From: Escherichia phage UPEC06
Reading direction: 5' to 3' (one strand)
Sequence record: MW250786
DNA: 64,000 bases
The notes under the pieces are model-generated. The model was given only the letters and a program-made list of their open reading frames with translations, did no database searches and was not told where the DNA came from. Position numbers and translations under genes: made by a program. Shown piece by piece: positions 48,558-56,439 of this stretch (position 1 is the stretch's first letter; every line of letters starts with the position of its first letter).

Positions 48558-48780
48558 CAGTCTCCTTTTTGTCCTCTACCCAACCATAAGCCTTCATACA
48601 CCCCTGGTAATTAGGCCACCTTTTATTTACAACGTTCTCAAGCCACTCAAGATCTGTGCTTACATGGATGTATTCGCTGTACAGTTCATCAAGAGTGTCA
48701 ATAAGATCAGGACGCTCTTTCAAATACTCTCGAACGTCCCCGATCCTTTTTCCAAGTTCACAATTTTCACATTTACACAC
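48541..48780 (-). CDS. hypothetical Cys-containing protein (GTG start)
   Basis: GTG at 48780 preceded by a GGAGGAGG RBS; VCKCENC. Confidence 0.4.
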   Translation of the reverse strand: MCKCENCELGKRIGDVREYLKERPDLIDTLDELYSEYIHVSTDLEWLENVVNKRWPNYQGCMKAYGWVEDKKETDDESC

Positions 48781-49111
48781 TGCTAGATACCTCCTCCAGA
48801 ACGCGTAATCTTTCTGCCAATACCCAAGTCCCACCTTGAGACTCAGGTCTTTGAAAATTAACAATGCCTTGAACTTCAACCTTGAACCACTTACGGATCT
48901 CTCCCGATTTAAGGTTTGTCTTGAGATGAGGTGCTTCAGGTTTAAGTGTACAATGCCAACCTGGTCGTACCGAAAATCCACGAGTGGGGTGATTTTCAGC
49001 TTCCATCCACTTATTCTTTTCTACGACTAAAGATCTATTGATAAATAGGGGACCTATTGTACCGTCTTTCCTGACTCTAAACAACTTGTACGCCACAATA
49101 GACTTTTTCAT
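48773..49111 (-). CDS. hypothetical protein
   Basis: 112-aa ORF. Confidence 0.5.
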   Translation of the reverse strand: MKKSIVAYKLFRVRKDGTIGPLFINRSLVVEKNKWMEAENHPTRGFSVRPGWHCTLKPEAPHLKTNLKSGEIRKWFKVEVQGIVNFQRPESQGGTWVLAERLRVLEEVSSSV

Positions 49112-49407
49112 CCCATATGCTCCAAAACAAGAAGGTGCTTATAACGATGATTATGTGAATAGACCAATAGAGCCATATCCATCCAAGCAACCTCGTCAGC
49201 GTCACCAATCACAGAGAGGCATAAGTTGTCACAGTTCTGTCTTACTTTCGCCACAGTGAGTTCTACACCCCTTCCTTCGAGGATTTCTTCGAGGTATTTA
49301 AACTGGTCATTCAGTTCTGTACACCACAAGTAGAACCGAGGCTTTTCCTGTGCACGAAAGATATTTTCCAACTGTTCACTTAATTCATCACTAAAGATCA
49401 ATTTCAT
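49108..49407 (-). CDS. hypothetical protein
   Basis: 99-aa ORF. Confidence 0.5.
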   Translation of the reverse strand: MKLIFSDELSEQLENIFRAQEKPRFYLWCTELNDQFKYLEEILEGRGVELTVAKVRQNCDNLCLSVIGDADEVAWMDMALLVYSHNHRYKHLLVLEHMG

Positions 49408-49547
49408 GATTTATTTTTCCTCTCTCCGATACCTTTGTTGAGATACTTAACCAAACTAATACCAAATGCTATCAGCATCATAAACCACACTGTTCCAAAC
49501 TCAACAATGTTCAACCCAAAAGCTACAACATCGTTACACTCTTTCAT
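49404..49547 (-). CDS. small membrane protein (47 aa), below the ORF-track length cutoff
   Basis: ATG at 49547 with a GGAGATGA RBS; hydrophobic core FGTVWFMMLIAFGISLV. Confidence 0.35.
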   Translation of the reverse strand: MKECNDVVAFGLNIVEFGTVWFMMLIAFGISLVKYLNKGIGERKNKS

Positions 49548-49828
49548 CAGATCATCTCCAAAGTTATTAGTACATTATCCAAATCTTCAGCCACAAGCTG
49601 TAAGTCAGGCTTCATACTATCTTCCACACGATGATAAATCAAGCCTTTTTCCACATACTGATTCATTACTCCGTAATAGTTCCCCAAAATGGTGTACCAG
49701 TCACATTCGTAAACAGTCACAACACATACTTTCAGTCCAGCTTTTGCTGAATGCCAAGCTTCTCTCATAGCTTGAAGATGACTTAATTCATTTTCTGATA
49801 ACTTTTTACATTTATTATTCAAAATCAT
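49547..49828 (-). CDS. hypothetical protein (first gene of the minus-strand block)
   Basis: 93-aa ORF immediately downstream of the minus-strand promoter. Confidence 0.5.
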   Translation of the reverse strand: MILNNKCKKLSENELSHLQAMREAWHSAKAGLKVCVVTVYECDWYTILGNYYGVMNQYVEKGLIYHRVEDSMKPDLQLVAEDLDNVLITLEMI

Positions 49829-49863
49829 TATAAAGATAACCTGTTGTTTGTTAAAGTAGAGTC

Positions 49864-49892
49864 ACTATACCTATGTAAAAACTCCATGTCAA
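49864..49892 (-). promoter_or_regulatory. Sigma70-type promoter on the minus strand: -35 TTGACA, 17-bp spacer, -10 TATAGT
   Basis: Plus-strand tgtcaa at 49887-49892 and actata at 49864-49869, exactly 17 bp apart. Confidence 0.6.
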
Positions 49893-49924
49893 GACTTTAA
49901 ATTTAAAAAATTTAGTATAAAATC

Positions 49925-50066
49925 TATAAAAGATCCTTTAAGATCTGTAGATCTATAGATCATATATATAAAAAGATCTTATAAAAGATCTTGTTTTTAT
50001 TGTTTTTAATAATAATTATGAATGAAATGAATAATTATTATATAATTTATGAATGAAATGAATAAA
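49925..50066. repeat. Iteron-like region: six GATC sites in 59 bp (49932-49990), three copies of tataaaagatc, and two copies of tatgaatgaaatgaataa about 30 bp apart
   Basis: Read directly from the sequence; AT-rich divergent intergenic region. Confidence 0.7.
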
Positions 50067-50147
50067 TTATAATGATAAAGGGTTTGGCGAGAGGCTTCGA
50101 GCCAGGGAAATCTAATATAGTATTGTATGCCTAAACGGGCATAAAGG

Positions 50148-50182
50148 GTTTGACATGTTGGGATAGTCATGTAAGATAGCGA
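50148..50182 (+). promoter_or_regulatory. Possible plus-strand promoter (-35 TTGACA, about 16 bp spacer, -10 TAAGAT)
   Basis: TTGACA at 50148-50153; imperfect -10. Confidence 0.3.
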
Positions 50183-50205
50183 AGGTAAGATTAAGAGGAG
50201 GGTCT

Positions 50206-50592
50206 ATGTTTGAGATAAACACCTCTGTTGGGAAGAAGACTTTTGAAGACGATGCGTTCGCCATGCTTCCTCTTCGTTGGGTTACTGAAATGTCCGGCGA
50301 GGATTTAAAGAGGATGATACTTTTGAGGTGGAGATTTTCATTCTTTGCGGAGTTTGCTTCTCGACAGGGCGAATCAGTGGAAACGTGTTTCTATGAATCA
50401 CAGGTGGCATTGTGTGAGTTGTTTCAAATGTCACCGACCAGTCAAGCCAAGGTAAGTGCATTCCTTAAGAAGATGGAGACTGGCGGTTACATCAGGATTT
50501 ACAGAGATAAGGTGATAATCAACGGAAAGTCGAAACCACGTCATTACATTGTGGTTAACGACCCAATACTTAAAGAGAAGTACGGATATTGA
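50206..50592 (+). CDS. hypothetical protein, possible winged-helix DNA-binding protein
   Basis: GAGGAGGG RBS before the ATG; FLKKMETGGYIRIYRDK is winged-helix-like; first plus-strand gene after the iteron region. Confidence 0.5.
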   Translation: MFEINTSVGKKTFEDDAFAMLPLRWVTEMSGEDLKRMILLRWRFSFFAEFASRQGESVETCFYESQVALCELFQMSPTSQAKVSAFLKKMETGGYIRIYRDKVIINGKSKPRHYIVVNDPILKEKYGY

Positions 50593-50834
50593 TGGAGGTA
50601 ATCGTGAATCAGGTTTCAGAATGCCGTTTAAACGCAATAGGAAGCTCTCTCATGAAAGAAACAGATGAAGTCATGTCTTTTCTTGACTGGAGTGCAATGA
50701 ACGCTAAAATCGTTTCTGAGAGAGTTTATGCCGATATGGCATCTCAGTTTATGATACCTTGTAAGGAGATTCAGGTTGAATCTAAGCTTGAAGAAGAAAT
50801 ATCTGGACTTCTTCAATCGTTTGAGTTACATTGA
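50589..50834 (+). CDS. hypothetical protein (start uncertain; GTG at 50604 has a GGAGG RBS)
   Basis: 81-aa ORF. Confidence 0.45.
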   Translation: MMEVIVNQVSECRLNAIGSSLMKETDEVMSFLDWSAMNAKIVSERVYADMASQFMIPCKEIQVESKLEEEISGLLQSFELH

Positions 50835-50846
50835 CTATCATTGGTT

Positions 50847-51140
50847 ATGCCAGTAAAATGGAAGTATACTTTTATTAACTGGTTAACTAATATGAAAAAC
50901 TTTAAACTTGCACTGGAATACGGTGCTGCTGGATACGTAACGGAAGAGTATATCGATATCTTTGACAGCTATGACGAAGCCTTTGATGAAGGTAACGACA
51001 TTGCTTTTGAGAGTACAGGCTTTTCTCTGGAGTGCTGGAAAAAGATTGACTTTGGGAAAGGAAATCGAATATACTTCTTCTACCCCAACGAGGGTGACTT
51101 AACTTCTCGTTATAAGATGACTTTTATGGAGGCAAAATGA
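50847..51140 (+). CDS. hypothetical protein
   Basis: ORF with its first ATG at 50847. Confidence 0.45.
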   Translation: MPVKWKYTFINWLTNMKNFKLALEYGAAGYVTEEYIDIFDSYDEAFDEGNDIAFESTGFSLECWKKIDFGKGNRIYFFYPNEGDLTSRYKMTFMEAK

Positions 51141-51361
51141 AATTTAGCATTACACTGAACTTTACCGTAGACAAGTCTAATGAAACTCTTGCTAAAGAGA
51201 TGAAAGAAGCTGCTGAACGTCAAGGTAGTACAGTTGAAGAACTCTACAAGACATTTCCACAGCAATTCCTTCATGGTTTTGTAGAACAGTTCCCTAATGA
51301 CGATTCTGAGTTTCCTGGGTTAACTACCGAAGTTACTGTTTCGGAGATCACCAATGACTAA
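51137..51361 (+). CDS. hypothetical protein
   Basis: 74-aa ORF with an ATGA overlap to the upstream gene. Confidence 0.45.
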   Translation: MKFSITLNFTVDKSNETLAKEMKEAAERQGSTVEELYKTFPQQFLHGFVEQFPNDDSEFPGLTTEVTVSEITND

Positions 51362-51572
51362 GCAAGTTGTAGAACTTAAGGTAACTTATGAGATTGACTA
51401 CACCAACGAAGATATGGCAGAGATGTTAAAAGCTAAGATGGAAAAATCCGGCTTGAGCATCGAAGAAATTTTCGAAGCTGTAGAAAAAGAACTCATCGAA
51501 GGAACTCTCGAATCGATGGAGTTGGAGTGCAAAACTCTACCTGGTTTCAGTGTCGGCGTTGTTAAACTGTAA
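51354..51572 (+). CDS. hypothetical protein
   Basis: 72-aa ORF. Confidence 0.45.
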   Translation: MTKQVVELKVTYEIDYTNEDMAEMLKAKMEKSGLSIEEIFEAVEKELIEGTLESMELECKTLPGFSVGVVKL

Positions 51573-51693
51573 TAGGAGCAAGATATATGATCGGATACAC
51601 TGGCGGTTGATGAAAGATGAAAGATGAATTCGACGGTTTCGTAGGATGGGGAGAAGGTTAATGGGAGAAGAAAATTGGGACGTTTAGAAAAAA

Positions 51694-51906
51694 TTGAAGA
51701 TTGGTTCTACGGCGGGATCTCTGGATGCTTTGAAGATGAACACCCAGACTTCTAATTATTTTCCTCTGGAGGATAATCCTCGTAATCATGATTGTAAAGA
51801 TTATGATTGTCTATGTTATTGCTGCGGTCATCGATTTGCAGGGCCAAAGAGAAGCATAATGTGTAATCTTTGTCTTAACAAGAAGAAACCTGTTGACAAT
51901 AACTGA
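51694..51906 (+). CDS. hypothetical Cys-rich small protein
   Basis: CKDYDCLCYCCGH...CNLC cluster. Confidence 0.35.
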   Translation: MKIGSTAGSLDALKMNTQTSNYFPLEDNPRNHDCKDYDCLCYCCGHRFAGPKRSIMCNLCLNKKKPVDNN

Positions 51907-52219
51907 TTAAATATGTAAGATTATTTTGTTGCCTGAGAGATTAGTCATCTTGAAGGCTGGGTGGGCAAATATATGTTGGAACCAATATACCACCGACGCG
52001 ATTTACGCTTTTGGTTGACTGCGACTAAATGGGATGCCCAGTCCATCCCTGTGTATATCGGGGAGCCGTCGAAGATCGTCTGATTAGTGATTTACGGATC
52101 ACTATAGTTTTACTACCACGACAATCTTTTACGGTGTACCCCTTGTCATGATGACGAGGTTTAAGGTTATCCTGTCGTTAAATATCCAAAACCTGTCACC
52201 ACCCACAAGAGAATTTAGC

Positions 52220-52300
52220 GCGGGTGTATCTCAACGGTCTTCTAAACCGTCGTTAATCGAGTAATTGGAGTATGAAGGTTCGAGTCCTTCCTCCCGCGCT
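52220..52300 (+). tRNA. tRNA-like element: acceptor stem and T-arm present, core non-canonical, anticodon unresolved
   Basis: T-arm gaagg-ttcgagt-ccttc; 9-bp terminal inverted repeat tagcgcggg/cccgcgcta; internal hairpin acggt-cttctaa-accgt. Confidence 0.3.
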
Positions 52301-52317
52301 AAGTTCTTTTGAATATA

Positions 52318-52392
52318 GGCCCTGTAGCTGGACGGTTCAAGCAAGCGACTCATAATCGCCAGACGGTGGTTCGATTCCACCCAGGGCCACCA
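52318..52392 (+). tRNA. tRNA-Met (anticodon CAT; could be initiator, elongator or Ile-lysidine type)
   Basis: Acceptor ggccctg/cagggcc, anticodon loop ctCATaa, T-arm ggtgg-ttcgatt-ccacc, discriminator A, encoded CCA. Confidence 0.7.
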
Positions 52393-52525
52393 TATGAAGT
52401 CGGGTCGCTCCCGATAAGTCGTCGGACTGATGTTCCCTGACTACGAGTTCCCTCAACGATAACGACGTAGATCACAGCAGAAACGGCGCACCCTATTTCA
52501 TTTCTTAATACATTTCAATAAGTTC

Positions 52526-52554
52526 TTGACATAATCCTATTATACTGCTAATAT
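52526..52554 (+). promoter_or_regulatory. Sigma70-type promoter: -35 TTGACA, 17-bp spacer, -10 TAATAT
   Basis: TTGACA at 52526-52531 and TAATAT at 52549-52554. Confidence 0.6.
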
Positions 52555-52581
52555 AGTTATATCTACTGAATTGAGGTGTTT

Positions 52582-52956
52582 ATGGCTAAAGCTGAAATCG
52601 TTACTCGAAAACGCGGTCGGCCTACTACAGAGGAAAGCATTGCAATCAATACTGAGAGAGCAATTCTTCATGCTCGTTCCGAGTTTGCAAGACTTACTCC
52701 TCAAGCAATTAAAACTCTGGAAGGTCTACTGACTTCCGGTACAGAGAAAGTTAAAGAAACTACTGCGAAGTATATTCTTGAGCAAGCTGAAAAGGCAAAC
52801 AATCTGTACACGATGGAAGATAATGAAGAGGATCTGGCAGGAGGAACTACTTCTGCAAATTCAGAAACTCATCAAGGCCCTTCTGACGCATTTAAGGATG
52901 CTATTCCATTAACTACTCAGATTCGTGAGTATAAAATGGCAGAAGGTGAAGATTAA
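52582..52956 (+). CDS. small basic-N-terminus, acidic-C-terminus protein; possible DNA-binding protein or terminase small subunit
   Basis: ATG at 52582 with a GAGG RBS; KRGRPT motif; function not established. Confidence 0.5.
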   Translation: MAKAEIVTRKRGRPTTEESIAINTERAILHARSEFARLTPQAIKTLEGLLTSGTEKVKETTAKYILEQAEKANNLYTMEDNEEDLAGGTTSANSETHQGPSDAFKDAIPLTTQIREYKMAEGED

Positions 52957-52976
52957 GGCTCGCAAGGGCCTTTATT
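52955..52976 (+). terminator. Possible terminator hairpin (GCAA tetraloop) after the 52582-52956 gene
   Basis: Stem aaggctc/gggcctt with gcaa loop followed by tttatt. Confidence 0.35.
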
Positions 52977-53210
52977 AAGAAGTTTTCTTTAAGGTAGTTC
53001 TTACTTTAGCAGAGTAAATCTTCGGCAAGTGGCGGTAACCACTTTACCGATACCTCATAGTTAGTGTTGCGAACACTGGCTACCTTAAAGAGAATTTAAC
53101 TCGTCGAATAAGGAAGATGCTGATCTCAAAGTGAGGTTACTTACCGCAAGGGGTGTGCATAGACTCCCGCTTCCGAATAGACTATGTGGCGAGATGTATT
53201 TGGGGACGTA

Positions 53211-53561
53211 ATGAATAATAAAGACCAAGGTAATGCAGGAGAGGCGTTTGCCATCTATCATTACACCTCATCAGGCCACAAGGTGTCAAAGCCGTTGTTT
53301 GAAAACTGCCCATACGACCTTATCGTTGATAAAGACGGTTGTTTGTTAAGGGTACAAGTTAAAACATCGCGTGTCAAAGCGCCAAGTGGAAGGTATGAGG
53401 TTTCTTTGAGGACCAACGGTGGTAACCGAAGTGGTATAGGAAAGAGCAAAAATATCTCAAGCTCGGAAGTAGACCTACTTTTCGTTCTTATTGAAGACGG
53501 GAGGTATTTTGAAATCCCTTGCTCAGAGGTAGATGGTCAGACTTGCGTGACCGTAGGATAA
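53211..53561 (+). CDS. restriction-endonuclease-like (PD-(D/E)XK-type) nuclease, possible homing endonuclease inside the tRNA island
   Basis: GEAF..YDLIVDKDG..RVQVKTS resembles E...PD...(E/Q)VK; ATG at 53211 with a GGGGA RBS. Confidence 0.35.
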   Translation: MNNKDQGNAGEAFAIYHYTSSGHKVSKPLFENCPYDLIVDKDGCLLRVQVKTSRVKAPSGRYEVSLRTNGGNRSGIGKSKNISSSEVDLLFVLIEDGRYFEIPCSEVDGQTCVTVG

Positions 53562-53562
53562 G

Positions 53563-53649
53563 GCATTGTTAGACCGTAGGGGTAGCGGGGCAGACTGTAA
53601 ATCTGCTGTTCATAGAACTCGGGTGGTTCGACTCCATCACAATGCACCA
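53563..53649 (+). tRNA. tRNA-Tyr (anticodon GTA), type II with a long variable arm
   Basis: Acceptor gcattgt/acaatgc, anticodon arm gcaga-ctGTAaa-tctgc, 15-nt variable arm, T-arm ggtgg-ttcgact-ccatc, discriminator A, CCA. Confidence 0.65.
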
Positions 53650-53652
53650 AAT

Positions 53653-53727
53653 TTTCCGTTAGGCTTATAGGATAAGATTCCCGCAACGTCTCGTTGTGAT
53701 ACTGGTTCGAATCCAGTACGGAAACCA
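53653..53727 (+). tRNA. tRNA-like element: perfect acceptor stem and T-arm, no canonical anticodon arm
   Basis: tttccgt/acggaaa acceptor and actgg-ttcgaat-ccagt T-arm; the middle does not fold into a standard D/anticodon arm by eye. Confidence 0.3.
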
Positions 53728-53733
53728 AATTAA

Positions 53734-53815
53734 TGTGCGGGTAACATAATTGTCACGGTGGCAAGCTGGCCTCCAAAACCAGTCGTAAGGAGTTCGACTC
53801 TTCACCTTCACGCCA
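53734..53815 (+). tRNA. tRNA-like element, possibly tRNA-Trp (CCA anticodon loop ctCCAaa) with an over-long D region
   Basis: Acceptor gtgcggg/ccttcac (1 mismatch), anticodon-like loop ctccaaa, T-loop ttcgact, discriminator G, CCA; 82 nt. Confidence 0.35.
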
Positions 53816-53819
53816 AATA

Positions 53820-53896
53820 CGGTGTATAGCGCAACTTGGTAGCGCGAATGCTTTGGGAGCATTAGGTTCGAGGTTCAAATCCTCGTACACCGACCA
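53820..53896 (+). tRNA. tRNA-Pro (anticodon TGG)
   Basis: Cloverleaf folded by eye: C1-G72, D-arm gcgc/gcgc, anticodon arm aatgc-ttTGGga-gcatt, T-arm cgagg-ttcaaat-cctcg, discriminator A, CCA. Confidence 0.75.
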
Positions 53897-53901
53897 AATA
53901 T

Positions 53902-53977
53902 GCGGGTATAGCTCAGTTGGTAGAGCTTCTGATTTCCAATCAGAATGTCACGAGTTCGAGTCTCGTTATCCGCTCCA
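53902..53977 (+). tRNA. tRNA-Gly (anticodon TCC)
   Basis: gcgggta acceptor, D-arm gctc-agttggta-gagc, anticodon arm tctga-ttTCCaa-tcaga, T-arm acgag-ttcgagt-ctcgt, discriminator U, CCA. Confidence 0.8.
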
Positions 53978-53985
53978 AACAAAAA

Positions 53986-54060
53986 TGGGGATTAGCCAAG
54001 CGGTAAGGCATTGGATTTTGATTCCAACATTCACTGGTTCGAGTCCAGTATCCCCAGCCA
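53986..54060 (+). tRNA. tRNA-Gln (anticodon TTG)
   Basis: U1-A72 acceptor tggggat/atcccca, anticodon arm ttgga-ttTTGat-tccaa, T-arm actgg-ttcgagt-ccagt, discriminator G, CCA. Confidence 0.75.
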
Positions 54061-54107
54061 ATTTACCCTCATATAATAACAATAATATAATCTCCTCTCC
54101 TTCGCCT

Positions 54108-54137
54108 CAGCCTCCCTCATTTGGGAGGCTTTTTTAT
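54108..54137 (+). terminator. Intrinsic terminator after the tRNA island
   Basis: Hairpin cagcctccc-tcattt-gggaggct followed by ttttttattt. Confidence 0.7.
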
Positions 54138-54177
54138 TTGTGATTTCGGTGATAAAATATCCAAAAGGAGGATTTAT

Positions 54178-54537
54178 ATGTTACCCGCTAAAAAATATTT
54201 CATTTACGCAATGATCGGTGTTGCGTTATTTACGTCTGGAAAACTGTATCTCGGACACGTCGAGTCTGTTGGATATGACAAAGGCTACGATGTTGCAAAC
54301 ACGGCTTGGATAAAGAAAGCTACTGAGTACAAAGGAAAGCTTGACTCTACATTGGAAGAGAATAAGAGATTGAATGAAGAACTTTCTTATGCAAATGCAA
54401 AACGGATCATCGCTGAGGAAAAATTACGTGATGAAGTAGAGGCAATGAGAATCGACTATGCAAAATCTAAAAAGGGGCAAGAAATCTTTATGGATGATGA
54501 GATAGTTGATATCTATAACAAATCCCTGGGGGAATGA
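54178..54537 (+). CDS. i-spanin (Rz-like): N-terminal TM helix plus periplasmic coiled coil
   Basis: ATG at 54178 with an AAGGAGG RBS; IYAMIGVALFTSG TM; charged helical remainder; overlaps the next gene. Confidence 0.55.
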   Translation: MLPAKKYFIYAMIGVALFTSGKLYLGHVESVGYDKGYDVANTAWIKKATEYKGKLDSTLEENKRLNEELSYANAKRIIAEEKLRDEVEAMRIDYAKSKKGQEIFMDDEIVDIYNKSLGE

Positions 54538-54836
54538 TGAAGAAGATTATCGCCGGAATTATTCTTTGCTTTTCTCTTGTTGGTTGCCAAAGTAAAGAAA
54601 TTTGTGGGCCTACTGAAGAAGTTAAGATAGAAAAGCTGATCGAAAAGCCGGATCTTGAACTTATGAAGAAAGAAGAACCTAAAATGACTCTGGAAAAACG
54701 CTCTGCAAAGACAACTGTTGCTGACGTTCTTAGTCATAACAATCTTCGTGCTGCAAGAATAGAAAGACGTGTTGAAGGATTACAGACCTACGTTTGTAAT
54801 ATTTTTAAAGAAAATCCACCAGAGTTCTGCAAATAA
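54534..54836 (+). CDS. o-spanin (Rz1-like) outer-membrane lipoprotein
   Basis: Signal peptide with lipobox LVGC; ATGA overlap with the i-spanin. Confidence 0.55.
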   Translation: MMKKIIAGIILCFSLVGCQSKEICGPTEEVKIEKLIEKPDLELMKKEEPKMTLEKRSAKTTVADVLSHNNLRAARIERRVEGLQTYVCNIFKENPPEFCK

Positions 54837-54936
54837 TGTTGACAAGGTCAGTGCTTTTATGCATTGGCCTTTATTTTTTATCCTTTTTATGGTAATATAC
54901 CTTTTATCAGTTCAAGTCAAGAACTAAAGGAGAATT

Positions 54937-56424
54937 ATGTCTGCTACATTCGCACCAGCGAGTCGAAAGCAACAAATGGTTCTCGAATCTGACGCACAAA
55001 TAATGGTTATCGGTGGTGCAGCGGGATCAGGTAAGTCCTACCTTCTCCAGTTGATGCCTTTGTTGATTGTAAACGACCCTAGAACAGCGTGTATCATGTT
55101 CCGTCGTACCGTCCCTCAGATTCGTGGACAAGGTGGTTTGTTCGACAAAGCTAAGGATATTTACAACCAACTACCTCCGGTAGTTAAGCCTAAGTTTAAA
55201 GAAAATGAAATGACTGCAACATTTCCTAACGGAGCTACCGTTAAATGGCAGTCTATGCAACACGTAAGCGATAAATTCGATATTCAGGGATTGGAGTTTA
55301 CCTTTATCGGGGTTGACGAAGGAACACAGTTCGAATGGGAACAGTTGGAATATATGATGTCCCGTTTGCGTTCAAACTCAAAATATCCTTCCCGTATGGT
55401 AATAAGTTGTAACCCCGATCCTGATCATTATCTTCGTAAGATGGTTGACTGGTATCTCGATAAGGATGGATATCCTAATCCTGAAAAAGACGGTGTTATT
55501 CGTTATTTCGTCCGTGTGGATGACCAATACATGTGGGGAGACTCAGTAGAGGAGTTGAAGAAACGTTATGGTAAGAAATGTAAGCCCGTATCGTTCACAT
55601 TCATATCTTCCACTATTTATGACAACCCGCCAATGCTTATCAACAACCCCGAATACCTTGCTCAGTTGGAAGGTCTTAACGAGGTTGACCGTGCACGACT
55701 TCTTCATGGTAACTGGGATGCTCGTCCGCAGGGTGCAAACTATTTTAAACGTTCTTTCCTCAAAAATGTAGATCATCTCCCGCTTAATTGCGACAAGGTT
55801 AGATCTTACGATAAAGCAGGTACAGAGCGTTCCACAGGTAACAAAACACCTGACTTCACGGCAGGTATAGGTGTAGCGCGAGATCAGGATGGGTTCTACT
55901 ACCTGTTCGGTGATTATTGTGATGAATTCGTTGATACTGGCGATTGGTCCACTGGACAAGCCGGACGCTTCTGCAAAAAAGCAGGTGAGCGTGACAAGAT
56001 TATTCTTAAACAGGCAATACATGACGGAGATGACGTTAGGATCATCTTCCCTGTTGACCCTGGTCAAGCAGGTCTATCCGAATTTACTACATCTTCTCGT
56101 GAGTTATTGAATCAAGGGTTCATGGTTGAGAAAGACCCAACACCAGGTAACAAGAAGAAGCTTGTACGCTTCTCTCCGTTCGCTAACTTAGCACAGAACG
56201 GATTTGTACGGATTGTTGAGAAATCTTTTCCTATGGACACATTAGAAGCTTTATTGAAGGAACTTGAATCTTTCGACGGTGAGAGGTCAACTGGATCACG
56301 TAAGGACGACTGGGTGGATGCCATCTCTTCGGGTATTAACTATCTGGAGAAAACAGAAATTGTCCGTGCTGTTCCAATACCACGACCTCACGCCCCTACG
56401 ATGTATTCCAGGTATAGACGATAA
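54937..56424 (+). CDS. terminase large subunit
   Basis: Walker A GGAAGSGKS near the N-terminus; 495 aa; AAGGAG RBS; immediately upstream of the portal gene. Confidence 0.85.
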   Translation: MSATFAPASRKQQMVLESDAQIMVIGGAAGSGKSYLLQLMPLLIVNDPRTACIMFRRTVPQIRGQGGLFDKAKDIYNQLPPVVKPKFKENEMTATFPNGATVKWQSMQHVSDKFDIQGLEFTFIGVDEGTQFEWEQLEYMMSRLRSNSKYPSRMVISCNPDPDHYLRKMVDWYLDKDGYPNPEKDGVIRYFVRVDDQYMWGDSVEELKKRYGKKCKPVSFTFISSTIYDNPPMLINNPEYLAQLEGLNEVDRARLLHGNWDARPQGANYFKRSFLKNVDHLPLNCDKVRSYDKAGTERSTGNKTPDFTAGIGVARDQDGFYYLFGDYCDEFVDTGDWSTGQAGRFCKKAGERDKIILKQAIHDGDDVRIIFPVDPGQAGLSEFTTSSRELLNQGFMVEKDPTPGNKKKLVRFSPFANLAQNGFVRIVEKSFPMDTLEALLKELESFDGERSTGSRKDDWVDAISSGINYLEKTEIVRAVPIPRPHAPTMYSRYRR

Positions 56425-56439
56425 CTGAGGGGAATTATT

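Noticed and set aside
52220-52300. Calling this element tRNA-Arg (TCT) on the basis of the acggt-cttctaa-accgt hairpin
   Set aside because: That hairpin would leave no room for a D-arm and forces a 23-nt variable region; the identity cannot be supported without a covariance-model search.
53261-53862. Minus-strand ORFs 53261-53449, 53537-53728 and 53665-53862
   Set aside because: Overlap the plus-strand nuclease ORF and the tRNAs; no RBS.
53853-54143. 96-aa plus-strand ORF
   Set aside because: Spans tRNA-Gly, tRNA-Gln and the terminator; an artefact of the six-frame scan.
54839-54936. Promoter for the terminase gene using TTGACA at 54839-54844
   Set aside because: No acceptable -10 at 16-18 bp spacing; a possible extended -10 (tggtaatat) further downstream is too weak to report.
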